Positions 31,542 to 42,806 are shown, numbered from the stretch's first letter. The stretch is DNA of 62,477 bases from Burkholderiales bacterium (GCA_038249905.1 JBBSCX010000001.1:1-62477), one strand, 5' to 3'. The notes: generated by a model from the sequence alone, not told the origin. Made by a program: numbers and translations.

Positions 31542-33739
31542 TGAACCCGCCTGCAAAACCCGAGGCCGGCGGCACCCGCTGGGGCCTGTGGACAGGTCTT
31601 GCCGTGGCGGTGGTCGTGGCCGTGGGCCTGTACCGGCATTACGACCTGGGCAACCTGCTGACGCTGGAGCAGCTGAAGGCCAGCCGCGACGGCCTGGTGG
31701 CGTTGTTCCAGGAAAAGCCCGTGTCCACGGTGGCCATCTTCTTCGCCGTGTACGTGGCGGCCGCTGCGCTCAGCGTGCCCGGCGCGACCATCCTGACGCT
31801 GGCGGCCGGCGCCATGTTCGGCCTGGGCGTGGGCCTGCTGGTGGTCAGCTTTGCGTCCAGCATCGGTGCCACGCTGGCCTTCCTGGCGTCTCGCTATCTG
31901 CTGCGCGACAGCATCCAGGCCCGCTTCGGCAAGCAGTTGAAGCCCATCAATGCCGGTGTGCAGCGAGACGGCATCTTCTACCTGCTGACGCTGCGCCTGG
32001 TGCCGGTGTTTCCGTTCTTCATGGTCAACCTGCTGATGGGGCTGACGCCCATCGGCGCGGGCCGCTTCTACTGGGTCAGCCAGCTGGGCATGCTGGCCGG
32101 CACCGTGGTGTACGTGAATGCGGGCACGCAACTGGCGGCCATCAACAACCTGGGCGACGTGCTGAGCCCGGCACTGCTGGGCAGCTTCGTGCTGCTGGGC
32201 ATCTTCCCGCTCATCGCCAAGGCCGTCGTGGGCTGGCTGCAGGGCCGCAAGGTCTATGCCAAGTGGACCAAGCCGGCGAAGTTCGACCGCAACCTGATCG
32301 TCATCGGCGCCGGTGCCGGCGGGCTCGTGACGAGCTACATCGCCGCCGCCGTCAAGGCCAAGGTGACGCTGGTGGAGGGCCACAAGATGGGCGGCGACTG
32401 CCTGAACTACGGCTGCGTGCCCAGCAAGGCGCTGATCCGCTCGGCCAAGTTCGCCAAGCAGCTGAAGAAGGCCGGCAGCCTGGGCTTCGAGGGCGCTTCG
32501 GCACAGCTGAACTTCGCCACCGCGATGGGGCGCGTGCACCGGGTCATCGCCGACATCGAACCGCATGACTCGCCCGAGCGCTACCGCAGCCTGGGCGTGG
32601 ATGTCGTGCAGGGCCACGCGCATATCACCAGCCCGTGGACGGTGGAGATCACCACACCCGACGGGAAGAAGAACACGCTCAGCACACGCAGCATCGTCAT
32701 CGCCACCGGCGCCAGCCCCTTCGTGCCGCCCATCCCCGGCTTGCAGGACGTGGGTTTTCTGACCAGCGACACGCTGTGGGGGCTGACCGAACTGCCGCGG
32801 CGCCTGATGGTGCTGGGTGGCGGGCCCATCGGCTGTGAACTGGCGCAAAGCTTCGCGCGCCTGGGCAGCGCGGTGACGCAGGTGGAGATGGCGCCGCGGC
32901 TGATGGGGCGCGAGGACGAAGAGGTCTCGGCCCTGGTGGCGGCTTCGCTGAAGGAAGACGGGGTCAACGTGCTGACCGGCCACCAGGCGGTGCGCTGCGA
33001 AAAAGTCGATGAGGGCGAAGGCGCCATCAAGCGCCTGATCGTCAAGCACGCTGGCGCAGAACTCGCCATCGAATTTGACGTGCTGCTGTGCGCCGTGGGC
33101 CGCAGCCCGCGCGTCACGGGCTACGGCCTGGAAGAGTTGGGCATCCCGCTGACACCTCGCAGGACCATCCAGACCGACGACTATCTCCAGACCCTGTACC
33201 CCAACATCTACGCGGTGGGCGACGTGGCCGGGTCCTACCAGTTCACACACACGGCCTCGCACCAGGCCTGGTATGCGGCAGTGAACGCGCTGTTCGGTGG
33301 CTTCAAACGTTTCAAGGCCGACTACAGCGTGATTCCCTGGGCCACCTTCACCGACCCCGAGGTGGCGCGTGTGGGTCTGAGCGAGGCCGAGGCCAAGGAG
33401 CAGGACATCGCGGTGGAGGTCACTCGATATGGCATCGACGATCTGGACCGCGCCATTGCCGACGGCACCGCACACGGCTTCGTCAAGGTGCTGACGGTGC
33501 CGGGCAAGGACAAGATCCTGGGCGTGACCATCGTCGGTGAACACGCAGGCGATCTGATGGCTGAATTCGTGCTGGCGATGAAGCACGGCCTGGGCCTGAA
33601 CAAGATCCTGGGCACCATCCACATCTATCCCACGCTGGCCGAGAGCAACAAGGCCGTGGCCGGCGAGTGGAAGCGCGCGCATGCGCCGCAGCGGCTGCTG
33701 GCCTGGGTGGAGCGCTTCCAGACCTGGCAGCGCGCCTGA
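31541..33739 (+). CDS. DedA/TVP38 (VTT) membrane domain fused to a pyridine nucleotide-disulfide oxidoreductase
   Basis: N-terminal LRLVPVFPFFMVN; GAGAGG, GGDCLNYGCVPSK, GGGPIGCE, YAVGD, HIYPT; TGATG overlap with arsS. Confidence 0.9.
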   Translation: MNPPAKPEAGGTRWGLWTGLAVAVVVAVGLYRHYDLGNLLTLEQLKASRDGLVALFQEKPVSTVAIFFAVYVAAAALSVPGATILTLAAGAMFGLGVGLLVVSFASSIGATLAFLASRYLLRDSIQARFGKQLKPINAGVQRDGIFYLLTLRLVPVFPFFMVNLLMGLTPIGAGRFYWVSQLGMLAGTVVYVNAGTQLAAINNLGDVLSPALLGSFVLLGIFPLIAKAVVGWLQGRKVYAKWTKPAKFDRNLIVIGAGAGGLVTSYIAAAVKAKVTLVEGHKMGGDCLNYGCVPSKALIRSAKFAKQLKKAGSLGFEGASAQLNFATAMGRVHRVIADIEPHDSPERYRSLGVDVVQGHAHITSPWTVEITTPDGKKNTLSTRSIVIATGASPFVPPIPGLQDVGFLTSDTLWGLTELPRRLMVLGGGPIGCELAQSFARLGSAVTQVEMAPRLMGREDEEVSALVAASLKEDGVNVLTGHQAVRCEKVDEGEGAIKRLIVKHAGAELAIEFDVLLCAVGRSPRVTGYGLEELGIPLTPRRTIQTDDYLQTLYPNIYAVGDVAGSYQFTHTASHQAWYAAVNALFGGFKRFKADYSVIPWATFTDPEVARVGLSEAEAKEQDIAVEVTRYGIDDLDRAIADGTAHGFVKVLTVPGKDKILGVTIVGEHAGDLMAEFVLAMKHGLGLNKILGTIHIYPTLAESNKAVAGEWKRAHAPQRLLAWVERFQTWQRA

Positions 33740-33753
33740 TACCGAGGCTCCGC

Positions 33754-34635
33754 ATGAAACCATCCGTGACCGGCCCGACCCGAAGCTGTGCCCGAAGCTT
33801 TGCCCGAAATGTCGGCCGCCGAACCTTCATGCTGTGCGGCATCGGTGCCGTGGGCTCGCTCGCGCTGCCGGCTGGTGCGCAGGCAAGTTTCGACCACAGC
33901 CACGCGGCCTGGACGGCGCTGCTGAAGAGGTACGTCGTGCTGCTGCGCGGCGGGCAGGCCTCGGTGGTGCGTTACGCCGGCTTCGCGGCCGAGCGTGCGG
34001 CCCTGCAGACTTATCTGGCGCAGTTGTCGGGGGTCAGCGCCGCCGCCTTCGCCGGCTTCGACCGCAGCCAGCGCATGGCCTTCCTGATCAATGCCTACAA
34101 CGCCTTCACGGTCGAATTGATCCTGACGAAGTACCCGGATCTGAAGTCGATCAAGGACCTCGGCAGCGTGTTCCAGAGCCCCTGGAAGCGCCCCTTCGTG
34201 CCGCTGCTGGGCCGGCAGATGACGCTGGATGGCATCGAACACGACACCCTGCGCGAACGGGGCGCCTATGACGACCCGCGCATCCACTTTGCCGTCAACT
34301 GCGCCTCCATCGGCTGCCCGATGCTGCGCGAGGAGGCCTTTGTCGCCACGCGGCTCGATGCGCAGCTCGACGAGCAGACCGCGCGCTTCATGGCCGACCG
34401 CACACGCAACCGCTGGAACGTGCAGCGGGGCCGGCTGGAGCTGTCGAAGATCTTCGACTGGTACGGCGACGACTTCCGTCTCGGCCATCGCGGCATCGCT
34501 TCGCTGCAGGCCTTCGCGGCCGCGCACGCCGATCGCCTGGCTGATGCGCCGGCCGATCGCGCGCGGCTGAAGAGCGGCGTGTTCGACATCGGCTTTCTGG
34601 ACTACGACTGGGCGCTGAACGACGCTCGCGGATGA
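33754..34635 (+). CDS. DUF547 domain protein, probable Tat substrate
   Basis: GRRTFM twin-arginine-like signal; AFLINAYNAFT, LDGIEH, DPRIHFAVNCASIGCP, SKIFDWY, YDWALN. Confidence 0.85.
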   Translation: MKPSVTGPTRSCARSFARNVGRRTFMLCGIGAVGSLALPAGAQASFDHSHAAWTALLKRYVVLLRGGQASVVRYAGFAAERAALQTYLAQLSGVSAAAFAGFDRSQRMAFLINAYNAFTVELILTKYPDLKSIKDLGSVFQSPWKRPFVPLLGRQMTLDGIEHDTLRERGAYDDPRIHFAVNCASIGCPMLREEAFVATRLDAQLDEQTARFMADRTRNRWNVQRGRLELSKIFDWYGDDFRLGHRGIASLQAFAAAHADRLADAPADRARLKSGVFDIGFLDYDWALNDARG

Positions 34636-35339
34636 GCCCGGCCCGCCCTGCAGCCGCTGCGCTGTCCATCGTGCTGCCGGTACTGAACGAGGCGGACGGT
34701 ATCGCCGCCGCGTTGCAGGCCCTGGCGCCGCTGCGGGCCCGGGGCGCCGAGCTGATCGTGGTCGATGGCGGCAGCCGCGACGACACGCTGGCATTGGCCC
34801 GGCCGGCGGCCGATGCGGTGATCGACGGCGGTGCGGCCGGCATCGGCGGCCGCGCATGGCAGATGAACGCCGGCGCGGCGCTGGCGCGCGGCGACACCTT
34901 GCTGTTTTTGCATGCCGACACCACGCTGCCGCCTCAGGCCGATGCGCTGGTGGCCGCGGCCTTGCGCCGCGGCGCCGTGTGGGGCCGTTTCGACGTGCAC
35001 ATCCGCGGGCGTTCACGCTGGCTGCCGATGGTGGCGGCATGCATGAACCGGCGGTCACGCTGCACCGGCATCGCCACCGGCGACCAGGCCATCTTCGTGC
35101 GCCGCGAGGTCTTCCAGCGCATCGGCGGCTTTCCCGCCCAGCCGCTGATGGAGGACGTGGAGCTGTCGCGCCGCCTGCGCCGCATCGGCGCGCCGGCCTG
35201 CCTGCGCCAGCGTGCCACGACCTCGGGCCGGCGCTGGGACGAGCGCGGCGCCTGGGCCACGATCGTGCTGATGTGGCGATTGCGCTGGCAGTACTGGCGC
35301 GGCGTGCCGGCCGAGGACCTGGCACGTGCCTACCGCTGA
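34632..35339 (+). CDS. GT2 glycosyltransferase, TIGR04283-like (rSAM/selenodomain-associated)
   Basis: SIVLPVLNEA, VVDGGSRD, QMNAGA, LFLHADT, ATGDQAIF, GGFP.QPLMEDV, TSGRRW. Confidence 0.88.
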   Translation: MSPARPAAAALSIVLPVLNEADGIAAALQALAPLRARGAELIVVDGGSRDDTLALARPAADAVIDGGAAGIGGRAWQMNAGAALARGDTLLFLHADTTLPPQADALVAAALRRGAVWGRFDVHIRGRSRWLPMVAACMNRRSRCTGIATGDQAIFVRREVFQRIGGFPAQPLMEDVELSRRLRRIGAPACLRQRATTSGRRWDERGAWATIVLMWRLRWQYWRGVPAEDLARAYR

Positions 35340-36576
35340 AACGGTGCGCCACGGCGCCGCGTCGAGCCCCGCCCGACGCCATCTGGTGCTGGTGGGCGCC
35401 GGCCACGCCCATGCCCAGGTGCTGCGCGACTGGATCGACGCGCCGGTGCCGGGCGTGGCGCTGAGCGTGGTCTCGCCCGCGGCACTGGCGCCTTATTCGG
35501 GCATGGTGCCGGGCTGGCTGGCCGGGACCTACGGCTACGAAGAAATCTGCATCGACTTCGCCGCCCTGGCCGCGGCCGCAGGCGCGACCTTGATCGCCGA
35601 CGAACTGCGCGCGCTGGATGCGCCCGCCCGGCGACTGCATCTGGACAGCGGCGCGGTGCTGGAATGCGACTGGCTGTCGCTGAACGTGGGTTCGACCTTG
35701 CACCCGCCCGACGTGTCCGATGTTGCCGGTGCCACGGTGCTGTGCCTGCGCCCGCTCGGCGAGTTGCGGGGCGCCTGGGACGTGCTGCTGGCGCAGCAGG
35801 CCGGCGACGCGCGCGCCTTGTGCGTGACGGCGGTGGGCGGTGGCGCGGCGGGGGTCGAGTCGCTGCTGGCGGTGCTGGCCCGGCTGCGCGCGCTTCAGCC
35901 CGGTCGCGCGCTGAGGGGGCGGCTGCTGACGCGTGCCGACACGCTGCTGCCAGGGCTGGCCGCCGGCGCGGCGCGCGCGCTGACCCAGGCCCTGCAACGC
36001 GCCGGCGTGGTCGTGCTGACAGGCCGGGCCTGGTCGAAGGACGACCTGGCGCAGGCACGCAGCCAGGGCCCATCCGGCGAGCAACAACTGTTGCTGTGGG
36101 CCACCGGCGCCGAGGCCCATGCCTGGCAGGCACGCAGCGGTCTGGCGGTCAGCGCCAGCGGCTTCATCGCCGTCGACACCCGACTGCGATCACGCTCGCA
36201 CCCCCATGTCTTCGCGGTCGGCGACTGTGCCGCCTGGACCCCACCGCTGCCCAAGGCGGGCGTGTATGCCGTGCGCATGGGCCCGGTGCTGTCGCACAAC
36301 CTGCGCGCGGCCCTGACTGGCGCGCCGCTGCGGGCCTACACGCCGCAGCGCCAGATGCTGGCCCTGCTGGCCTGTGCCGATGGCAGCGCTGTGGCCGCAC
36401 GCGGGCGCTGGGCGATCTCGAGCGCGACGCTGCAGCCGCTGGCGCCGCTGTTCGGTCCGGCGCCGGGCCGCGCGCTGGGCCGGGCGCTGTGGCGCTGGAA
36501 GGACGGCATCGACCGCGCCTTCCTGCGCCGCTTCGAGCTCAGCGCAGGCCGGCCAGGTAATCCGACACGGCCTTGA
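35326..36576 (+). CDS. FAD-dependent oxidoreductase of the type found N-terminally fused to SelD (TIGR03169-like)
   Basis: LVLVGAGHAHAQVL, PYSGMVPG, VGGGAAGVE, VFAVGDCA, PKAGVYAVR, WRWKDGIDRAF. Confidence 0.82.
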   Translation: MPTAETVRHGAASSPARRHLVLVGAGHAHAQVLRDWIDAPVPGVALSVVSPAALAPYSGMVPGWLAGTYGYEEICIDFAALAAAAGATLIADELRALDAPARRLHLDSGAVLECDWLSLNVGSTLHPPDVSDVAGATVLCLRPLGELRGAWDVLLAQQAGDARALCVTAVGGGAAGVESLLAVLARLRALQPGRALRGRLLTRADTLLPGLAAGAARALTQALQRAGVVVLTGRAWSKDDLAQARSQGPSGEQQLLLWATGAEAHAWQARSGLAVSASGFIAVDTRLRSRSHPHVFAVGDCAAWTPPLPKAGVYAVRMGPVLSHNLRAALTGAPLRAYTPQRQMLALLACADGSAVAARGRWAISSATLQPLAPLFGPAPGRALGRALWRWKDGIDRAFLRRFELSAGRPGNPTRP

Positions 36577-37240
36577 TCTCGAGGTCGCTGAGTCGCGACG
36601 AGATCGTCATCATCTGCGCGTTGTTGGCACGCGCGCCGCTGCGGAAAGCCACCAGCTGCGACTCGGTGTAGTCCGCATGCTGGCCACCCAGGCGCGGGTA
36701 CTGGGCGGGGATGCCTGCGCCGTTGGGGCTGTGGCAGCCGGAGCAGGCAGGCACCTGCTTGGCGGTGATGCCGCCGCGGTAGATGGCCTCGCCCAGCCGC
36801 ACCGTTTCCTTGTTCTTGGCGAAGCCGGGCTTTAACGGCTTGCTGGCGTAGAAGGCGGCGACGTGCTTCATGTCGTCTTCCGACAGCAGCGCGGCGAAGC
36901 CCTGCATGATCGCGTTCTTGCGTTTGCCGGCCTTGAACTCGGCCAGCTGCTTGGCAAGGTATTCGGGGTGCTGGCCGGCCAGGATGGGGTTGGCCGGTGA
37001 ACCCCGGTTGCCATCGGCCAGGTGGCAGGCCTGGCAAGTGATGGCGACCTGTGCACCGCGCGCCAGGTCGGCCTTGAACACCGGGGGCGGGTCGTCGGCC
37101 TGCGCCGCACCGGCGGCGGCCAGCAGCGCAGCGGCGCCCAGCAGACGCAAGCGACCAAGCCAGCCGACCAGGCCGGTGCCGATGGATGTCAAAGAGTGCG
37201 GGTAGGGCACGGCCAGATTTGCGACGACTTGCGACTTCAT
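36539..37240 (-). CDS. Diheme cytochrome c4; start uncertain
   Basis: Two CxxCH motifs (CQACH, CSGCH), P.LAGQH..Y and PRLGGQHADY; divergent from engB as usual. Confidence 0.92.
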   Translation of the reverse strand: MKSQVVANLAVPYPHSLTSIGTGLVGWLGRLRLLGAAALLAAAGAAQADDPPPVFKADLARGAQVAITCQACHLADGNRGSPANPILAGQHPEYLAKQLAEFKAGKRKNAIMQGFAALLSEDDMKHVAAFYASKPLKPGFAKNKETVRLGEAIYRGGITAKQVPACSGCHSPNGAGIPAQYPRLGGQHADYTESQLVAFRSGARANNAQMMTISSRLSDLEIKAVSDYLAGLR

Positions 37241-37324
37241 GCGGGGGTGCCTCGGACTGGGGGCCGCCTGGGGCCCGAACGGCCGACCCAGGGGTTGAGC
37301 AAACCGTCAATTCTACAATTCACC

Positions 37325-38143
37325 ATGACATCCGGCTTTCAACCGCCCGCGCCCCCGTCGCCGTCCCGGCCATCCGGGCCCGCAGCGGGCTCCGCTGCCG
37401 ACCTGGCTCATGCGGCCTCCGCTGCCGACTTGGCCCAGGCGGGACCCGCTGCGGACCCGCCCGAGGCGGCCTCCGCTGCCGACCTGGCCCAGGCGGCCCA
37501 CGCGGCCAAGGCCGCGCGCGCCTGGCTGCACGGCGCTCGCTTCCTGACGACGGCCAGCCAGCTCGAACAGCTTCCCGCGTCCGAATTGCCCGAGATCGCC
37601 TTCGTCGGCCGCAGCAACGCCGGCAAGTCCACGGCCATCAACCGGCTGACACAACAAAAGCGGCTGGCCTTTGCGTCGCGCACGCCGGGTCGCACGCAGC
37701 ACATCAACCTGTTCGAGGTCGGCCCCAAGGACGCGCCCGACGCCCTGCTGTGCGACCTGCCCGGCTACGGCTATGCGGCAGTCGAGCGTGCGGCCAAACT
37801 GCGCTGGCAGGAGGTGATGGCGCAGTACCTGGTGCTGCGCCGGCCGCTGCACGGGGTGGTGCTGATGGTCGATTCGCGCCTGGGGCTGACCGAACTCGAC
37901 CGCCGGCTGCTGGGCCTGATGGCGCCGCGCATCGCCACCGGAGAGGTGCGCCTGCTGGCCCTGCTGACCAAGGCCGACAAGCTGAACCGCCGCGACCAGC
38001 AGGCGGCGCTGGCGACGGCGCAGGACGCGCTGGGCGAAGTCGGCAGCGAGGCGGCCGACATCGGCGTGACGCTGTTTTCTGCCCTGTCGCGCCTGGGCGT
38101 GGACGACGTGGCCGAGACCCTGCACGCCTGGGTGCACCCCTGA
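37325..38143 (+). CDS. engB: Ribosome biogenesis GTP-binding protein YihA/EngB
   Basis: EIAFVGRSNAGKS, SRTPGRTQ, DLPGYGYA, TKADK. Confidence 0.93.
   Translation: MTSGFQPPAPPSPSRPSGPAAGSAADLAHAASAADLAQAGPAADPPEAASAADLAQAAHAAKAARAWLHGARFLTTASQLEQLPASELPEIAFVGRSNAGKSTAINRLTQQKRLAFASRTPGRTQHINLFEVGPKDAPDALLCDLPGYGYAAVERAAKLRWQEVMAQYLVLRRPLHGVVLMVDSRLGLTELDRRLLGLMAPRIATGEVRLLALLTKADKLNRRDQQAALATAQDALGEVGSEAADIGVTLFSALSRLGVDDVAETLHAWVHP
37391..37498 (+). repeat. Imperfect 27-bp tandem repeat x4 in the engB N-terminus
   Basis: SAADLAHAA / SAADLAQAG / PAADPPEAA / SAADLAQAA. Confidence 0.85.
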
Positions 38144-38146
38144 TCG

Positions 38147-38194
38147 CATCCCTGAGTTCATCCCTGAGTTCATCCGTGAGTTCATCCGTGAGTC
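38147..38194. repeat. 12-bp tandem repeat x4 between engB and the hydrolase gene
   Basis: catccctgagtt x2, catccgtgagtt, catccgtgagtc. Confidence 0.9.
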
Positions 38195-39135
38195 CCACGC
38201 TCGCACCGGCACCGACCTTGCGCGACATCGCGCTGCCGCACGGCATCACGCTGGCTTGCCGCGAAACCGGCCCGTTCGGCCCGGTCGGCCAGTCCGCGCC
38301 CTTGCATGTGCCCGATCAACCGCGTGTGCTGCTGCTGCACGGATTCCCCGAAGCCGCCTTCGTCTGGGACGAAGTGATGGGCCTGCTGGCCGCCGGCCCG
38401 GCCCGTGCCGCCTGCCTGGCGCCCAACCTGCGCGGCTATCCGGGGTCGTCTCGGCCAACCGAGGTCGAGGCCTACCGCGCGAAGCACATCGTCGCCGATC
38501 TGGTGGCCTTGATCGAGGGCCAGGGCGGGACTGTCGATGCCCTCGTTGCGCACGATTGGGGTGGTGCCGTGGCGTGGTCGCTGGCGGCTCTGCGGCCGGA
38601 CCTGATAAAGCGGCTGATCATCATCAATTCGCCGCATCCGGCCACATTTCTGCGTGAACTGCGCGACAACCCCGCGCAACAGGCGGCCAGCGCCTACATG
38701 AACTTTCTCTGTCGGCCAGATGCTGAGCGGCTGCTGACCGAACGCGACCACGCCCGGCTGTGGCCCTTTCTGGAGGGTTGGGCCGACGGCATGCCCTGGC
38801 TGACACCGGCGCTGCGCGAGGCCTACCGCGCCTGCTGGGCGGCCGGGCTGACGGGACCGCTGAACTACTATCGCGCCTCGCCCTTGCGCCCCGCCACCGG
38901 CCCCGACGACGCACTGCACCGGCTGCAACTGCCCGATGCGCTGGTGAACGTGACCGTGCCCACCACGGTGGTCTGGGGTGAGCGCGACCGCGCGCTGCTG
39001 CCTGCGCTGCTGGACGGCTTGTCGCACTGGGTGCCGCGGCTGCGCATCGTGCGGCTGCCGCAGGCCTCGCACTGGGTGGTGCACGAGCAGCCCGCGCGCG
39101 TGGCGCAGGAGATCGAGCGCAGTCTGGCAGCCTGA
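38188..39135 (+). CDS. Alpha/beta hydrolase, epoxide hydrolase-like; start approximate
   Basis: LLHGFPE, LRGY..S, AHDWGG nucleophile motif, NYYRA, WGERD, ASHWV. Confidence 0.88.
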   Translation: MSPTLAPAPTLRDIALPHGITLACRETGPFGPVGQSAPLHVPDQPRVLLLHGFPEAAFVWDEVMGLLAAGPARAACLAPNLRGYPGSSRPTEVEAYRAKHIVADLVALIEGQGGTVDALVAHDWGGAVAWSLAALRPDLIKRLIIINSPHPATFLRELRDNPAQQAASAYMNFLCRPDAERLLTERDHARLWPFLEGWADGMPWLTPALREAYRACWAAGLTGPLNYYRASPLRPATGPDDALHRLQLPDALVNVTVPTTVVWGERDRALLPALLDGLSHWVPRLRIVRLPQASHWVVHEQPARVAQEIERSLAA

Positions 39136-39256
39136 GCGCCCGACCGGGCAACTGCCCGGCCGCGCGATGGCGTGAGACCGCACGACTTGTCCGAGCGGCC
39201 AACCGACCGAACGTCCTGCCGCCTGACGGCGTGTGGCCGTCAGCGCAGCGGGCGCA

Positions 39257-40915
39257 TTACAGCGTCGTGTCCTTGCCCGCCACCTGCTGCTGCACGCGGT
39301 AGGCGGCGCTGCGCAGCACCGAGCGCTGCTTCAGGCGCTTGAACAGCGCCGCGTCGTGCAGCATCAGCAGGGCCCGCCGGCGCACGGCCCAGGTGGCGTC
39401 GGAGGCGCCATCGCCCAACAGCCAGATTTCGCGGCGCTCGCCCGGCCACAGCAACTGCACCTGCAGCCAGCGGCCCTGCATGAAGATGCGCAGCCATTCG
39501 CCGGGCTCCAAGCTTTCGAGCCAGGGGCTGGCGCCTGACTGGGGCGCCGGCGCAGGCGGTGGCTCGCCCATCAATTCGGCCGGCACGGTGTCGAGCTGCG
39601 GCACGTCCAGCGTGCCATGCAGCGTGGAAGGCACCGTGCTGCTGGCGCACAGCCGGTCTTCCAGCTTCTGCAGTGCGCCCACCTGCGAGGCCACACGCTG
39701 CAGCTTGCGCCCCAGGCGCTGCTGCAGAAAGGCCTGCAGGCGTTCGCTCGCCCAGCGGTAGTGGCCGGCACCCTGTTCGGGCTGGGCGGCCACCTGCTCG
39801 ATGCTGCTCAGGCCCACGCGCAGCAGCCGCGCACGTTCGGGGTCGCCCGCATCGGGGGACATCTCGGCCTCGTAGGCCAGGCGGTTGACGAACACCCACA
39901 GCGGATGCGTTTCTTCGTCCAGCAGGGCCGGGTCGCGCAGCGCCAGGCGCATGGCCGGCGCGTGCAGCCTGGCCAATATGCCGCGCACGTCCTGCGCAAT
40001 GCGGTGGTCGCCGTCGATGGCGTCGAACAAGCGGCTGACCAGTTCGACCGACTGCCGGTCCAGCGGCGTCGACGCTGCCAGCGCGATTTCCTTGAAGCGG
40101 ATCTGGCGCAGTCGTTCGTCGCCCGCCTGACCCTCGTAGCTGAGATCGACCTGGCGCGACGGCGTGTCCCAGCTGGGCGCCATGCGTGAGCGCATGCCGT
40201 GCAGGTCGGGGCTGAAGGTGGTGAACGGTGAGTCAGCGCGACCGCCGCGGCGCGATCCGGAAGGCACGATCACAGTGCGGTAGGCGGCGGGCTCCACGCC
40301 CAGCTGCTCCAGCCGTGAAGTGGCCGCGGCATAGGCGCGGCGCAATACCTGGGCCAGCGCCGGACCGGCATGGCGCATGAAGGTGACGCGGTGCCCGGTC
40401 GTCAGCGGCAGCGCATGGGCGGCGGCCCACAGTGCGCGGGCGTAGGTGTCGGCGCCCAGCGGGTTGTGGTCGCGGCTGACATCCATGTCGCCGACCAGGG
40501 CGGAGACGAAGGTCTGCAATTCGCGCAGTTCGTACTCGGCCGTGTCCTTGATGGCCTTGATGGTCTGCGACAGCTCGACGTCGACGGCGGCCTCGGCCTC
40601 GTCGACCAGCGCCAGGCGGCTGCTGGGCGCCTGGGGCCTGGGGGTGTGCGCCAGCGGGGCCGCGCGCCGCGCGATCTCGGTCTGCACCTGGTCTTTCAGG
40701 CTGTGCACGAAGTACTCGGCCAGACGCCCGCGGCGCGACTGCAGCGACTGCATCAGCTCGCCGGCCAGGCCGCGTTCCATCGGTGACATGCCCGGCAGTG
40801 CCTTGCGCGTGGCGTCCAGGGTGCCGTCGACCATCTGGTCGAACAGCAGCGGGGCGCGCAGCAGTTCTTCGTCGATGAACTGACGCAGTGCGGGCGGGGC
40901 GAAGGTGGTATCCAT
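39257..40915 (-). CDS. Conserved hypothetical protein, DUF1631-like
   Basis: LALVDE..VELS, NPLG, RLALRDP..HPLW.FVNRL, L.PGEW C-terminal motif; long clean ORF. Confidence 0.65.
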   Translation of the reverse strand: MDTTFAPPALRQFIDEELLRAPLLFDQMVDGTLDATRKALPGMSPMERGLAGELMQSLQSRRGRLAEYFVHSLKDQVQTEIARRAAPLAHTPRPQAPSSRLALVDEAEAAVDVELSQTIKAIKDTAEYELRELQTFVSALVGDMDVSRDHNPLGADTYARALWAAAHALPLTTGHRVTFMRHAGPALAQVLRRAYAAATSRLEQLGVEPAAYRTVIVPSGSRRGGRADSPFTTFSPDLHGMRSRMAPSWDTPSRQVDLSYEGQAGDERLRQIRFKEIALAASTPLDRQSVELVSRLFDAIDGDHRIAQDVRGILARLHAPAMRLALRDPALLDEETHPLWVFVNRLAYEAEMSPDAGDPERARLLRVGLSSIEQVAAQPEQGAGHYRWASERLQAFLQQRLGRKLQRVASQVGALQKLEDRLCASSTVPSTLHGTLDVPQLDTVPAELMGEPPPAPAPQSGASPWLESLEPGEWLRIFMQGRWLQVQLLWPGERREIWLLGDGASDATWAVRRRALLMLHDAALFKRLKQRSVLRSAAYRVQQQVAGKDTTL

Positions 40916-40956
40916 CCGCCGATGATTCTGTGCCCCGGCCCTGGCGCCGATCCATG

Positions 40957-40985
40957 AAAAAAGCCTGCGTTTCGCAACGCAGGCT
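40957..40985 (-). terminator. Rho-independent terminator of groESL
   Basis: AGCCTGCGTT-TCGC-AACGCAGGCT hairpin with A6 run on +. Confidence 0.85.
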
Positions 40986-41117
40986 CGCATTCAGGGCAGT
41001 GCCAGGGCCAGAGCGGCTGCCGCAAGGCCAGCCGCCCCGGCGGGATGAGCCGCGGGCGCTGCCCGTCGGTTCGATCCCGTCGACGTATTCCGGCGGCGCC
41101 AGCCGTCCGGAAGACGC

Positions 41118-42806
<1,689 letters not shown>

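Noticed and set aside
31541-33739. merA or lpdA assignment
   Set aside because: No C-terminal Cys pair, no mer genes, no HPT catalytic His motif, and an N-terminal DedA-type fusion
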